From the IMG/VR virus record IMGVR_UViG_3300045969_000082: DNA of 64,000 nt, one strand, 5' to 3'. A model generated the notes under the pieces. It did no database searches, was not told the DNA's origin, and saw nothing but the letters and a program-made list of their open reading frames with translations. Source of the DNA: an uncultured virus (IMG/VR IMGVR_UViG_3300045969_000082). Its lineage: Duplodnaviria > Heunggongvirae > Uroviricota > Caudoviricetes. Shown in pieces: positions 10,401 to 20,031 of the stretch (position 1 is its first letter; each line of letters starts with the position of its first letter). A program made the position numbers and the translations under genes.

Positions 10401-11181
10401 GCGCCGGGCTGATAACGGCGCGAGCCTGAAGCTCCGACGACCCGACGCTGCTGAGCGAGGCAAGTGCGCCAAGCATGTCGATCGTGACGTCTTCCCGCCA
10501 TGTCGACCAGACGCCGGCCGCATCCCGCGACCTTCGCCATGCGCGCGGCGCTGTGGACGAGTGCAGATAGGCAAGCTGCGTCGCGCGCGGCGGGTTGGCC
10601 TGGAGATGCAGCAGCATCAGATTGCCAGACGAGATCGGCGTGCCAATCGTCGCGCCGACCGTGCCGGAAGCACGATAGAAGCCGATCCGGTCGATGACAT
10701 CCCAATCGAGCGCCGTCTCTGCGTTTTTAAGCAGGATGGCGTTGGTCACGGCCTCCGGATCAATATCTGCCGTCCCGACCGTATCCTTCCCCGCCAACGC
10801 GCCGTCGGCAGTCACCAGATCGCCCACGCGCGTCCAGCCTGCCGGTGATGCCGACCAGCGATACTCGCCCTTGTTCGGCACGGTCTCGCTCGTCACCGGA
10901 TCGGTATGCGTGCCTTCCCCGGCCGTCACTCTGCCGGGCTGGAGCTCGACCGTGCCAGCCTCGCCAGACAGCACCGCCCAGCTTTCAGCCACGCGATAGC
11001 CTTGGCCGGCTGCCTCGATGCGGTCGGAGAGTTCATCGATGACTGTCGTGTCAGCCTTGCCGTCGATCTCGCGGACCATTTCCTCGGCCAGCAGGAGCGC
11101 ATCGCCCATGGCTGCGCCCCGAGGCCGGCCCTGCGCGTCAGTGGGCGCATAAACATCAGCGGGCGTCTTAGTGTACGGCAT
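7411..11181 (-). CDS. Multidomain tail fibre/spike with M14 metallocarboxypeptidase domain
   Basis: Position after tail tip; knob-like repeat (GFYR...WSTWRE); IHQDE, VNAQG..NR, LDFHG; Ig-like and LamG-like C-terminus. Confidence 0.8.
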   Translation of the reverse strand: MPYTKTPADVYAPTDAQGRPRGAAMGDALLLAEEMVREIDGKADTTVIDELSDRIEAAGQGYRVAESWAVLSGEAGTVELQPGRVTAGEGTHTDPVTSETVPNKGEYRWSASPAGWTRVGDLVTADGALAGKDTVGTADIDPEAVTNAILLKNAETALDWDVIDRIGFYRASGTVGATIGTPISSGNLMLLHLQANPPRATQLAYLHSSTAPRAWRRSRDAAGVWSTWREDVTIDMLGALASLSSVGSSELQARAVISPALGRGLLGPNLHPDPNCTSISLYSTVGGSIARGVANATRVAEYLLATELSTARIEVTHAPTPVEAGQEYWVSTRLGWYAGSTAVSMSAAWQWYSDPAGTVPVGDPVELGVRSGASAGEVPCSARVGIAPATARCGRVIHVKDATAEASRIYMTDPMVFLCLPKERLSSEIAGLVGRVADLEAAGGAGGSGAGSIETDRVIAAKVFREEFDIVVPRRLTVAEATALSPEQRQAHDYYYLSDATPGQKFVHRDDLPEFVSFGDVTLDRDFDGGDYDPSSAIAGDQSWVYLAEREPITTPGWGRRTFMARLRGVAGKSPTIFLLRRSPGNYNYSQWRICWAVDPKGPWYRFDNEDFDTPNNRFELSNDAPFASDTIYLATAPRYTVERYDDKIKEWLGHPLTRPTPSAIDGYRIGTVSARVCTNGRSVPDIDSHAFCVGTGPRKVLLTSGIHQDEFVGHYMFEGFVETILGVSARAQRLRRDCTFFVYPRVNAQGLHAGETRVDVETDSDCNRIWYDPDPNDDSELRTIYQDAFAIDLPPQVDVALDFHGWRATGGMGFWYRADISAETARQPFLSNFAAHHDVDQLYPTFTSAYTMSYAARQFGTPYLVMVFEHKYGIDFGPEEWRDAGRHGAWALDDTIRQGHIPPPSPPVNAVLPKIIGEPFSGRSLWCSEGGWTGSPLGALSRQWQIDSGGWQDIENETGPSYAGASNGSVIRCAVTLTNAAGETTAYTDPVTIVAVPSPTPGFDPANLFVARSGGSYRPTASKLLRQVAGGIPVTAPGQTVEMMYDHADINRFSNTFAAPNPTYRASGTAEWLEFNGSDRLYLFPESQRDIMASVGQAFASIVVLPHETVNLASTNGFFVTSITETSTSARLLLGLYNQTLQPHLGGRRLNADSLQVLAADFEISEKFVLTAIVDYQAGHARLYKDGDLVSVAPIWQTPGLTSSDRPMVSLGGAVSGGLNSHFDFYHLAFGPWAPTPQELVDLIAWQMDIPGEDD

Positions 11182-11267
11182 TGATACATCTCCAGATGCA
11201 AAGCGTCAGCCGTCGTCGCCTCGCGAGGATCGACGGGCCGTTTCCAGATTTTCGAAGGTGCAGGCTG

Positions 11268-13481
11268 CTAGCCGGCGGGCGGCGGTGTCAGCGTGATAAT
11301 GTTGGACGAGGCGCTTTCGGTGCCGTCAGACGCGAGCGATATCGCCCGCACGTCGGTCTGTGTGCCGCCTATAACGACAGGATATTCATCAGTGACGTGA
11401 TGCGGCCGGGCGCTCTCGGCCGCGACATCTATCCACGGGCCAACGCCCATGATCGTATAGTCGCGCTTCTGGATTTTTGTCGCGACCACATTCAGGCTAT
11501 CGCCCGTGACGGCGAAGAAGGTGTTTTCGGGTTCCGGAGCTGGCTCCAGCACCGGCGCCACGGGTGCGGTGTTGTCGATCGCTACCGGCCGAACCGAGAG
11601 CGACTCCGACCAATAGGAGCCTTCCTCGTCGCTGTTGAAGAACCGGACCCGAAAGTCAGCGTCGAGACCTTCGTAGTCGGCCGGCGCGTAGGCGAGCCAT
11701 GTGTTCGTCGGGATGGGATTGGGAAAGCCGGGTTCAATCACCCGTTCTTCCGTCATCGACGCCCATGGCAGAGGATTGCCGTCCGAGAACGTCCGCCTCG
11801 TCGCCTCGGCCACCGTGCCGCCGGTCACGCCGGTGAACCTGATCCTGATTTCTCGCGTGGTGTCGGGATACTCGACCTGAACGTACTCGACTGGCGCGGC
11901 AGGGGTGTCGAGGTCGCTTTCGTATTCGAACGCCGGCAGAACAGGCGGAGGCATGGCTTCCATCGTCGCCGGGTTCCACTCCACCTGAAGCTCTGCCGGA
12001 ACCACCGTCACGGGAATCTCGCAGGTGCAATCTGCCTGGTCGGTTCTGACCGGACCTTTCCGGCATTTCAGGCTGACCGGCGCGCCATCCTCGCCGACAT
12101 CAGGCACCTGAATGGTGACAACCCGCTTGCCCCATGTCGCAAGCCCGGCCATCGTCGTTTTGATGAGGCCGCTTTCAGCGCGCGCCTCGTAGAACATCCG
12201 TCGAGCGATGCGTGATGCCTGATGGACGTTGTCGCAGAACGGCAACCGGACACGCCGCTCCTGATCACCATAGACGTCAATGTCGTGAGCCACCCTCGCC
12301 CACCCGACGCCGCTCAGATCGCCCTCGGCAATCTCGTACATCCGTTCAGGCGCGAAATATTCAAGCGTGCAGACGTTAGGCCGCTTCGCCCCCTCGGGCC
12401 CGGCGGAAAGGTCGTGGTCGATATAGGGCGAGGCGATGCCGTCCTGCTCGCGGCTCCACGGCATGACGAGTTCGGTCGCCGGGTCGTCTTCCAGCCATGC
12501 GAAGGTGTATTTGCCGTCCTCGGTCTCGCGCAGTTCCAGCCCGGCCGAGTCCAGCATTTCGAGCACGATGTCCGTGGTGAGCGGACCTTCCCATCCGCCG
12601 GAGAGAGTGCAGCGCGGCGCAGTTCCGCCGACGACCGGCACAAGCGTATCGGCCTCGTCGGCACGCGCGGCGATGTCGGCCCAATCGAGCATGGCGCTAG
12701 ACCAGCCCGGAAGGCGGCTGATCCAGTGCGCGCACCACAAGACGCCGTTGCGCGTCCACGCGGTCTCGTCGGTGCGAGGGTCGTAGGCGCGTCCAACGCG
12801 GGCCAGTATCTTGACCGGCTTCACGCCCCCGGTCAGCAGCCGAGGGAAGCGCGGACTCCCTGTCCCCGGATTGATGAATGTCAGCAGCGTCTGGCCGATA
12901 CCGGCGACGCGGTGATCATCGGTCCACAAGGTCGGGAAATCGGCCTTGAGCTGCGGCCACGCGGTTTCCGAGCCATCACCCGGCTTGGTGCGCAGATAGA
13001 GGTTCGATCCGCCGGTTCTGGCGAAGGGCGGGCTCGAAACGGCCCCGTCCTCCTCGACCGTGATCGAGCGGCCATCGTAGAAATATTCTTCCACCGCATC
13101 GATCGGCCCGAAGCAGTGCAGAACCAGCCGCTGAATGTTGTAGCCGGCCGTGTTACCGAAACCGATCTTGCCCTCCATCATCACGCGACCGAAGGCGTAG
13201 CGTCCGTGTCCTTCGGCGCCCTTGCTCGTGTTCTTCAAGGTATTGGGATTGGCGGCCGGTTGGCGCGCCAGCGCATAGCTGGCAGCCTGTAATCCGATGT
13301 ACGCGCCCGCAAGCGCGATATTACCCAGGAAGGCAGCGCTCACGGTAGGTAGCAGCGGGCCAAGCCCAAGCGACAGAAACCCACCAATGATAATGCTACC
13401 AATCGACACGGGATCGGCATAGGCATGCGCTGTCATAGCCAGCAGCGAGGCGCTGGCCATTATCACCGTCTTCAATTTCAT
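11268..13481 (-). CDS. Tail tip/hub (host-specificity J-like) protein
   Basis: YAFGRV, YDPRTDETAWTRN motifs; position after tail assembly genes. Confidence 0.8.
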   Translation of the reverse strand: MKLKTVIMASASLLAMTAHAYADPVSIGSIIIGGFLSLGLGPLLPTVSAAFLGNIALAGAYIGLQAASYALARQPAANPNTLKNTSKGAEGHGRYAFGRVMMEGKIGFGNTAGYNIQRLVLHCFGPIDAVEEYFYDGRSITVEEDGAVSSPPFARTGGSNLYLRTKPGDGSETAWPQLKADFPTLWTDDHRVAGIGQTLLTFINPGTGSPRFPRLLTGGVKPVKILARVGRAYDPRTDETAWTRNGVLWCAHWISRLPGWSSAMLDWADIAARADEADTLVPVVGGTAPRCTLSGGWEGPLTTDIVLEMLDSAGLELRETEDGKYTFAWLEDDPATELVMPWSREQDGIASPYIDHDLSAGPEGAKRPNVCTLEYFAPERMYEIAEGDLSGVGWARVAHDIDVYGDQERRVRLPFCDNVHQASRIARRMFYEARAESGLIKTTMAGLATWGKRVVTIQVPDVGEDGAPVSLKCRKGPVRTDQADCTCEIPVTVVPAELQVEWNPATMEAMPPPVLPAFEYESDLDTPAAPVEYVQVEYPDTTREIRIRFTGVTGGTVAEATRRTFSDGNPLPWASMTEERVIEPGFPNPIPTNTWLAYAPADYEGLDADFRVRFFNSDEEGSYWSESLSVRPVAIDNTAPVAPVLEPAPEPENTFFAVTGDSLNVVATKIQKRDYTIMGVGPWIDVAAESARPHHVTDEYPVVIGGTQTDVRAISLASDGTESASSNIITLTPPPAG

Positions 13482-13483
13482 GG

Positions 13484-13945
13484 CTAGACCTGCCAGACCT
13501 TCAGAAGCAGAGGGATTTCCAGGACCTCGCCATCGACGCGCCGCAGGGTACTGCTCGGCACATGATGGACGCGAACGCCCATCTCGGCCCGGCGCATGAT
13601 GACTTGGCCCGGAAGAAAGATGCCGCCGACCGGTCCATGAACGGTCTGGATGATACCGACATCGCCGATCTCTGGCCCGCCAACGCGCATCTTCAGGCCG
13701 AGTTGAGCCGCGACGTGGTTCCAGATGTTGACGAGACCGCCCCACGCCTCGATCTGCTCATGCGCCTCTTCCTTGGTGGAATAGTCGGGCCAATCGAACG
13801 TCTTGCCCGTCGCCTCGGATACCCAGCGGGCAGGCAGCATCGAGCAGTCATCGACGCCCCACTCACACGGCTTGCCCTTCAACTCCTCGGCAACGGCGCG
13901 CAGCCGATCCCCTCGCTCCCGGACTTCCTTCGCCGTCAGACTCAT
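13484..13945 (-). CDS. Tail assembly protein, NlpC/P60-like
   Basis: EWGVDDCSM and GDVG motifs. Confidence 0.7.
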   Translation of the reverse strand: MSLTAKEVRERGDRLRAVAEELKGKPCEWGVDDCSMLPARWVSEATGKTFDWPDYSTKEEAHEQIEAWGGLVNIWNHVAAQLGLKMRVGGPEIGDVGIIQTVHGPVGGIFLPGQVIMRRAEMGVRVHHVPSSTLRRVDGEVLEIPLLLKVWQV

Positions 13946-14520
13946 GGCTTGTAGACCTCGACGATGTCGGCCGAGATGTAGTCGAGGCCTTTGTCGCCCG
14001 GATACCGCTGGCGCTGTCCCGTAGGCGACCACATCGAGCCCATAGTCGGGAAGTTCAGCCCCTCGAACTCCCCGATGATTTTGAGCGAAATCGCCCGCAC
14101 GACAGGGCCGTTGATAACGAGTCGGGGCGCGGTCAGACGCCCCTGCATCATCCTGCGAAACATGACGACAGGCTCGCCGGTCTCGGCGTCGAAGGTCGCG
14201 AAGTAGAGATCGCAGGCGCTGCCCTCGATGGCGTGGCGGTCATCCCAGATCGATTTCAGGAACTCGCGGTTCGCCCCGGACATGACGACATCGACGGCGG
14301 GCGCCTGCCCGAAATACGACTCCTCCACCGCACCAAAGCCGACGAGCTGGCCGCCGAACGGGTCGGATACCCCTTCCCATTCTTGGCCGCCGGCCTCGAC
14401 CGGCCCCATCCCGGTATGCAGCCGGCGTTCCCCCGAAGGAAAGTCGACATGCGCGAACCACGCAGGCTGGATATAGAGGCGAGATAACGCCTCGAAATCA
14501 GCAGGTGCAAACGTTGTCAT
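13942..14520 (-). CDS. Minor tail protein (gpL/DUF2163-like)
   Basis: QRQRYPGDKGLDY motif; position. Confidence 0.7.
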   Translation of the reverse strand: MTTFAPADFEALSRLYIQPAWFAHVDFPSGERRLHTGMGPVEAGGQEWEGVSDPFGGQLVGFGAVEESYFGQAPAVDVVMSGANREFLKSIWDDRHAIEGSACDLYFATFDAETGEPVVMFRRMMQGRLTAPRLVINGPVVRAISLKIIGEFEGLNFPTMGSMWSPTGQRQRYPGDKGLDYISADIVEVYKP

Positions 14521-14564
14521 TTCGGACGCCCTTGCATAGCATGCGGCGGCATGGGAGGCACCTC

Positions 14565-14951
14565 ATGCGGTATATTGTTCTGCTTGCGGTCGGGCTGCTC
14601 GGCGGGTGCGCTCAGACCCCCGGCACTGGTACCGGCGCTATAATCGGGCCCTTGCCGGCGGCTGGGATCGTCCAGACTTCGGCGGACAGCGCCAAGATTC
14701 AAATCGTCGATGTTCCGCCGCCAGGCTCCGTTGAGATAGGCACAGTCGAGGGCCTGTCATGTCGTAACAGCGCGCTCGATCCCGCGCCGACCGAAGAGAA
14801 AGCCAATGCCCAGATTCGGGAGAAGGCCATGGCAATGGGAGCGACAGGCGCTGCTCGTATCCGCTATGAACGTGGCGGCACCAGCTTCGTCACCAATTGC
14901 TGGTCTACGGTCAAGGCAACCGGCATCGCTTTTCGTCATCCAGCGAACTGA
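14565..14951 (+). CDS. RcsF/YbjQ-like lipoprotein moron
   Basis: Lipobox LGGC, Pro/Gly linker, GTVEGLSC...KAMAMGATG...C...ATGIA; GGGAGG RBS; antisense to tail operon. Confidence 0.7.
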   Translation: MRYIVLLAVGLLGGCAQTPGTGTGAIIGPLPAAGIVQTSADSAKIQIVDVPPPGSVEIGTVEGLSCRNSALDPAPTEEKANAQIREKAMAMGATGAARIRYERGGTSFVTNCWSTVKATGIAFRHPAN

Positions 14952-15661
14952 CGCCTGACATACGGATCGATCACCTCGACGAGATCGACCGAGAACTCGT
15001 CGGTGACGGCAAGCCCTCGCCGCGGCGGCAAGACGCCCGGCCGTGGTCGCATGACGATGACCGGATGCAGAGTAGCGAAATCATCTGTCGTCAGTGCTTT
15101 GCGCAGGCACGGCCAGATCCGATACCAACCATCGCCGCGCTCCTCGGTCACCGTATAAAGGCCGAAGTGTAACGGGTAGAACCCGAACCACGAGCCGAGT
15201 GGCAGGCGATGCCCCCAATGTTCGTCCGCCAGTCGGATAAGGTGCGAGCCGTATGCCGCCGGTGCCGCGATCTTGACCGTCGGCGCCGTCGGTTCCCACC
15301 CCTTCCCGTTCGACCACGGCTTTCCGTTCGACCAGTTGACGTCCTTCAGCCCCCGCCAGCCGAGGCGTGCGGGGACATCAAGGCCGGCATCACGCGGCGA
15401 GATCATGTCCGGGTCGAACACAGGCAGCCGGAAGGCATTGGCCCCGCCATGGACGCCGATCATCCGACCTCGCTGCGTCAGCGCACCAAGCCCAGCCTTA
15501 TGATTGAACTCGACATTGAGCGCGACGACATCCCCAACACCCGCATAGACCTGTTCCGAACCGTCCTGCGCTGTGTTCGACCCCGAGTTTCGGGCCATCG
15601 GCCCTGAGATCGGCGTAAGGGCCGTGATGCCCGCATCGCTGAGAGAGATCAGGCGTGCCAT
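14936..15661 (-). CDS. Distal tail protein-like
   Basis: Directly after tape measure; GGANAFRLPVFD and WSNG repeats. Confidence 0.65.
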   Translation of the reverse strand: MARLISLSDAGITALTPISGPMARNSGSNTAQDGSEQVYAGVGDVVALNVEFNHKAGLGALTQRGRMIGVHGGANAFRLPVFDPDMISPRDAGLDVPARLGWRGLKDVNWSNGKPWSNGKGWEPTAPTVKIAAPAAYGSHLIRLADEHWGHRLPLGSWFGFYPLHFGLYTVTEERGDGWYRIWPCLRKALTTDDFATLHPVIVMRPRPGVLPPRRGLAVTDEFSVDLVEVIDPYVRRQFAG

Positions 15662-18600
15662 CAGACCCCGCCTCCGGGTGAGATTGTACGCGTGCGCCGG
15701 GTGCGGCCCGTGTCCATGGCCCCGAGTGCCATTGAGGGGACGGCGCGCGCCACCTGCGCGCCCATCTTCGCGCTCGAACTATCCGCGATCCCGTGCACAA
15801 CGCCCCCATCATCGACGAAGACGCCGCGGACGAGGATTTCCTGAACGTAGTCGCGCTCCTTCATCCGAGACGCAGATGCCGAAAGCGCGCTGATTGTGCG
15901 GTCGGTCTGGCCGCTGGTCAGTACGGTCTCGTGCTTTTTGACGAGTGCCATCATCTCGTCGTGCTTGGCGCGAGGGGCGCCGATGTTGCCGCCGCCGTGG
16001 AAGACGCCAGCGAAGGGAGCGCCGGTCGGGAATTGGACGACATTGCCGGTTTTCCCGACCGTGCCGCCGCCGTGGAAGGAGACCCCCAAGAGGCCGCCCA
16101 TGAGGCTCTGGAAGATACCGCCGCCGAACAGCCCCTTCCCGCCGCCAGCGACATTCAAGCTGTTCATCAGCTTCAGGACGACCGGAATCAGGTCGAGGAG
16201 CGCATCTTTCCAATCCTTCGAGCCGTCAATAAGCCCGCGCAGCAGATCGCCGGCTGAAGCCGCTGCATCCTTCCATGCCTCTTGGCTTTCTTTCGCTTCC
16301 TTGAGGGCCATGGCCTCTGCCACGTGGGCATCGACCTTTTCGTGAATCAGCCGGATTTGCTCTTCCGAAATGCCGGCGTTCTGCCAGTCCTGATCGCCTT
16401 TGCGGCGTGCTTCTTCCCTCGCTTGCTTTAGCGCCTCCTGCTCGAGCTTCAGCGCCTCTTGTCGACGAAGTTGCTCGGCGTAGGACAGATTGAGAGCGTT
16501 TCGCTCCTCAATGAGCGCCTGCGTGCGATCCTGAAGCGCTTGCAGCATATTATCGAAGCGGTCATCGGCGGTTTTGCGCGGGGCCGGCGTCTTCTTCGGC
16601 GTCTTGAAGCTCTCGCGCTGGGCAATGTTGGCGAGTGCTACGTCCCTTATGGAACTCTCCGGCAGATACGCCTCGCGACGCTCCAGTTCCTTGCGGACCC
16701 GGCTCATCTCGTCGGCGAGTTCCTTTTCGGCCTTTGTCATCGAGGCCAAACGCATGGCCTGGCGCTCATATGCCTCGCCTCGCGTCTGCATGTCGCCAAG
16801 CGCCTTCATCGAGGCGTCTTCGGCGGCGCGGACCTCGCCGTAGTTGATGCGGATATTGACTACGGTGCCGTCGAGGCGAGCCAGATCGTTCTCCAGCCGG
16901 CGCGCGGCCTCGCTGCCTGCATCGAGAAGCGGGGCGATCTCGTCGAGCGTGGCAAGCAGCGGATCAAGGTCTTTGTGCCGATTGGCGATCTGCTGAAGTT
17001 CTTCGCGGAACTCCTGTGTGAACCCGCCGGCCTCTCGGACAGCCTCGATGATCTCTAGAAACCGCTCGAAATCGGCCAGTTGCGTCGTCATCGCCTCCGG
17101 CACATTGAGCCCGGCGCGCTCAAGGGACGCGATAGAATCCGACAGGCGGAGAATGTCGCCGCTCACCTCTTTGATGATCGCGTCGAAATTGTTGAGCTTG
17201 CCGGTCAGCCGATCCCACAAGTTCCCGTGTTGGATACGGTCGAGTTCGACATTGACCTTCGCAAGCTCTTCGCGGAGCCTCGTCGTGTTCCCGGTCTTGA
17301 TCGCCTCGTCGATCTCGCCCGCCTTGTTCTTGGCATCCTCGGCAAGGAGGCCCGCGTCCCGGAGACCCTGTATCCAGTCTGCGGTCGCGGCGTCGGCGTT
17401 CGACATCGCGCTGCCGATCATGGCTACTGAGCCAAGAATAGCGAGGAGCGCCGCGCCGGGGGCGCCGCCTACCAGCCCGAGAAGGAACCCACCTGTACGC
17501 TGCGCGGCGCTCAACGCCACAGCGCGAGCTGTCGCTCTTGATGCCGCAGCCCCGTACTGCTCGGTGGCTGCTGTTAGGGCTTTCTGAGAAGCTGCGTTCG
17601 CGAGGTTGGCCTTGTAGAGCGCCTGCGAAGCCCTGTGTCGGGTCTTTTCGGTGGCAACGCCCTGGGTGACGGTGTTGTAGTACGCCTTCGCGCTGGCGAG
17701 CCTTGTGGCGTTCGCGGCAGCCTCGGCTTGAGCGGCTTTCAATGACTCCTGTGCCGCAAGCTTGGACTGAGCGCGTGCCTTCGCCGTTTCTGTCGTAACC
17801 GCCCGGATGCCGCCTGCAATGGAAGACATCGCCCGGCCGCCGAGGGCAGAGACCATTGCGATGCCGAGAAGCGACAGCGCGGTCGCCACGTCTCCAACGT
17901 TCTCGGCCAACATGTTGAGCGTGCCAACGATAATCAGCGACGCAGCATCCGCCTGCTTGGAATCCATCGCGTACTTGGTGACGGCGTTACCGACGCGCGT
18001 CCAAGCCTGCTCGATGGTAGAGGTCGTCTTCGCGAAGGCCGCATCGATCTCATCCGATGCCCCGATGATGGCTCTCGTGACGACATCCGCGGTCAACTGG
18101 CCGGCATGCGCCATCTCGCGCAGCTTGCCGATGGTGACGCCGAGATGCTTTGCCATGCCCTGAAGCAAAACAGGGGCGTTCTCAGCCACCGACCGGAACT
18201 CGTCGCCGCTGAAGCGGTTGGACGCGATGCCCTGCGAAAGCTGGACGGCGCCGCCCCACGCCTCGGCCGTGGTCGCTCCACCGACGGCGAACGCCTTCTG
18301 CACCGTCTCCGTCATCCGAAGCAGGTCTTTCTGCTTCATGTTCAGGTGCTCGACCGCGCGTGCGGTGCGGGCGTAGATCGTCACGGTGCCGTCGAAAGAC
18401 GATCGGGACCGCTGGGCGACTTCATAGAGCGCCTGCTGGGTATCCTTCAGGTCGTTGGCGTCGGTTGTGACTGTGCGAAGCTGGTTGCTGAGACGGTGGG
18501 CACCATCCACGGTTCGGATCATGCCTGCCGCAATAGCCGCTGGGAATAGACCGCCCACGGCGACGCCAGCCGCAAGAGCGACACCTTGAAGCTGATTGAT

Positions 18601-18837
18601 CGCCGTTCCGGCGCGCAGGGCACTGAGCGTGAGACTCGTCATACCCCGCGTGTTGATGTTGCCCATCGAGCGGTTGAGCCCGCCAATAGAGCGGTCGATA
18701 CCGGCAACGCTGCGGGAGACGGACGCGCCAGTGCGATCAACGGCGCCCGCGAACGCATTGAGCCCAGCCATGCCCGGCCCAAGCTGCGTCGAAAGCAGAA
18801 CATTGATCGAGCCGACGCGGGCCGCGGTGGAGACCAT
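15661..18837 (-). CDS. Tape measure protein
   Basis: 1058 aa Ala-rich helical; QLSQGIAS...GDEFRSVAENAP tape-measure domain; FHGGG C-terminus. Confidence 0.95.
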   Translation of the reverse strand: MVSTAARVGSINVLLSTQLGPGMAGLNAFAGAVDRTGASVSRSVAGIDRSIGGLNRSMGNINTRGMTSLTLSALRAGTAINQLQGVALAAGVAVGGLFPAAIAAGMIRTVDGAHRLSNQLRTVTTDANDLKDTQQALYEVAQRSRSSFDGTVTIYARTARAVEHLNMKQKDLLRMTETVQKAFAVGGATTAEAWGGAVQLSQGIASNRFSGDEFRSVAENAPVLLQGMAKHLGVTIGKLREMAHAGQLTADVVTRAIIGASDEIDAAFAKTTSTIEQAWTRVGNAVTKYAMDSKQADAASLIIVGTLNMLAENVGDVATALSLLGIAMVSALGGRAMSSIAGGIRAVTTETAKARAQSKLAAQESLKAAQAEAAANATRLASAKAYYNTVTQGVATEKTRHRASQALYKANLANAASQKALTAATEQYGAAASRATARAVALSAAQRTGGFLLGLVGGAPGAALLAILGSVAMIGSAMSNADAATADWIQGLRDAGLLAEDAKNKAGEIDEAIKTGNTTRLREELAKVNVELDRIQHGNLWDRLTGKLNNFDAIIKEVSGDILRLSDSIASLERAGLNVPEAMTTQLADFERFLEIIEAVREAGGFTQEFREELQQIANRHKDLDPLLATLDEIAPLLDAGSEAARRLENDLARLDGTVVNIRINYGEVRAAEDASMKALGDMQTRGEAYERQAMRLASMTKAEKELADEMSRVRKELERREAYLPESSIRDVALANIAQRESFKTPKKTPAPRKTADDRFDNMLQALQDRTQALIEERNALNLSYAEQLRRQEALKLEQEALKQAREEARRKGDQDWQNAGISEEQIRLIHEKVDAHVAEAMALKEAKESQEAWKDAAASAGDLLRGLIDGSKDWKDALLDLIPVVLKLMNSLNVAGGGKGLFGGGIFQSLMGGLLGVSFHGGGTVGKTGNVVQFPTGAPFAGVFHGGGNIGAPRAKHDEMMALVKKHETVLTSGQTDRTISALSASASRMKERDYVQEILVRGVFVDDGGVVHGIADSSSAKMGAQVARAVPSMALGAMDTGRTRRTRTISPGGGV

Positions 18838-18840
18838 GGG

Positions 18841-19134
18841 CTACGTGCTTTCTGCGGATGGAGCAGACCGGATGCGCTCAACAACCTCGCGAAACGAGGG
18901 CGGCTTGTTCTCGCGGGTCAGCTTTTCCAGTTTGGGGATCGTCTTCGCTCGTTGGAGCTTGGCGTTGAGCCAGGCGACGGTGATCGCCTGCTTGAAATCC
19001 TGGGCCTCTTTCTCCGATCTCGCCTTGGCGATGCGGAAAATCTCGTGAGGCGTCAGTTCCCAGACGGTGGTTGGGTCGAGGCCATATGTGTCAGCAGCTT
19101 GAAGAGCCCGCTCGACAACGCTTCGTCGAAAGGG
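18841..19134 (-). CDS. Tail assembly chaperone -1 frameshift extension (gpT-like)
   Basis: VWELTPHEI motif; reached through slippery C CCT TTC at 19134-19128. Confidence 0.75.
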   Translation of the reverse strand, partial: PFRRSVVERALQAADTYGLDPTTVWELTPHEIFRIAKARSEKEAQDFKQAITVAWLNAKLQRAKTIPKLEKLTRENKPPSFREVVERIRSAPSAEST

Positions 19135-19565
19135 ACACCATTCTCTTCCGCCGCCTCCTTGGCTCGCTTCAGGTTCTCGGCATCCTGCTTCTTGCGAGCC
19201 TCGACGGCCTCCTCGACAAGCTGGGCGTGTGTCTTGCCGAGCCACGACTTCGAGATCGCGTCCATGATCGGCTGGTATACGCAGGCGAGATCGAAATCCT
19301 CGCGCTGGGTGAGGTCGTGGAAGAACTCCTCGTCGTCGCCGACCTTCTCGACCTCGCCCTTGCTGTTCCGCTTGCGCAGGCCGATGGCGAGAATCTTCGT
19401 CAGATCAGGGAAAGCGCGATCAACGCACGCCTGCTCCATGTCGTTGAAAAAGTCCCGGCCGTACTCCGCCTCCAAGGCGGCAATGTCGGCCAGGGTGAAG
19501 GCGATGAAGTAGCCCTTCCCGATTTCAGGGATGGCTACTTCGCCTTTGAGAGGATTCACGGCCAC
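19053..19565 (-). CDS. Tail assembly chaperone (gpG-like)
   Basis: VNPLKGEV...FTLADIAALE; between tail tube and tape measure. Confidence 0.8.
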   Translation of the reverse strand: MAVNPLKGEVAIPEIGKGYFIAFTLADIAALEAEYGRDFFNDMEQACVDRAFPDLTKILAIGLRKRNSKGEVEKVGDDEEFFHDLTQREDFDLACVYQPIMDAISKSWLGKTHAQLVEEAVEARKKQDAENLKRAKEAAEENGVPFDEALSSGLFKLLTHMASTQPPSGN

Positions 19566-19573
19566 AGATCACC

Positions 19574-20014
19574 TCACGGGATCGGCGTGTAGGTGTCGGC
19601 GCCGGTCTTCTTCAGCGTCACCGTCATCTGCATCACGCCCTGAACCGGGAACGAGCGGGTGACGCCCATTACGAGGGCCGAGAAGTTGTAGGTTTCCGTC
19701 TCGCCGGGAGCGACGATCTGGAAATCCAGCACTTCGCCGATCTTGCCGCGCAGTCCTGTGGCACGGTTATGCGTCGCGTGGCCGGGCAGATAGTTGACCG
19801 GGAAGCTGATCTCGGCGCCGTCCTTGAGCCCAGCGATGTACTCGCGGCGACTATTGGGCGACTGATGGTTCGTGACCTCGACGAGTTCGATGGTGTCACC
19901 ATCCTCGAAATCGCCAACCTCGCCGATCTCGACAAAGCTCTGCGGGCTCCCGCCGTCGCCCATTCGCAACTTGGTGCCGTAGCCAAGCTGCGCCTCACTG
20001 TTCGGATTTGCCAT
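19574..20014 (-). CDS. Major tail tube protein
   Basis: GYGTKL...EVTNHQSP...REYIAGLKDG. Confidence 0.9.
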   Translation of the reverse strand: MANPNSEAQLGYGTKLRMGDGGSPQSFVEIGEVGDFEDGDTIELVEVTNHQSPNSRREYIAGLKDGAEISFPVNYLPGHATHNRATGLRGKIGEVLDFQIVAPGETETYNFSALVMGVTRSFPVQGVMQMTVTLKKTGADTYTPIP

Positions 20015-20031
20015 GTTCCTGTCCTTTCACG

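Noticed and set aside
7411..13481. Diversity-generating retroelement or invertible tail cassette
   Set aside because: No reverse transcriptase, invertase or TR/VR repeat pair seen in the window
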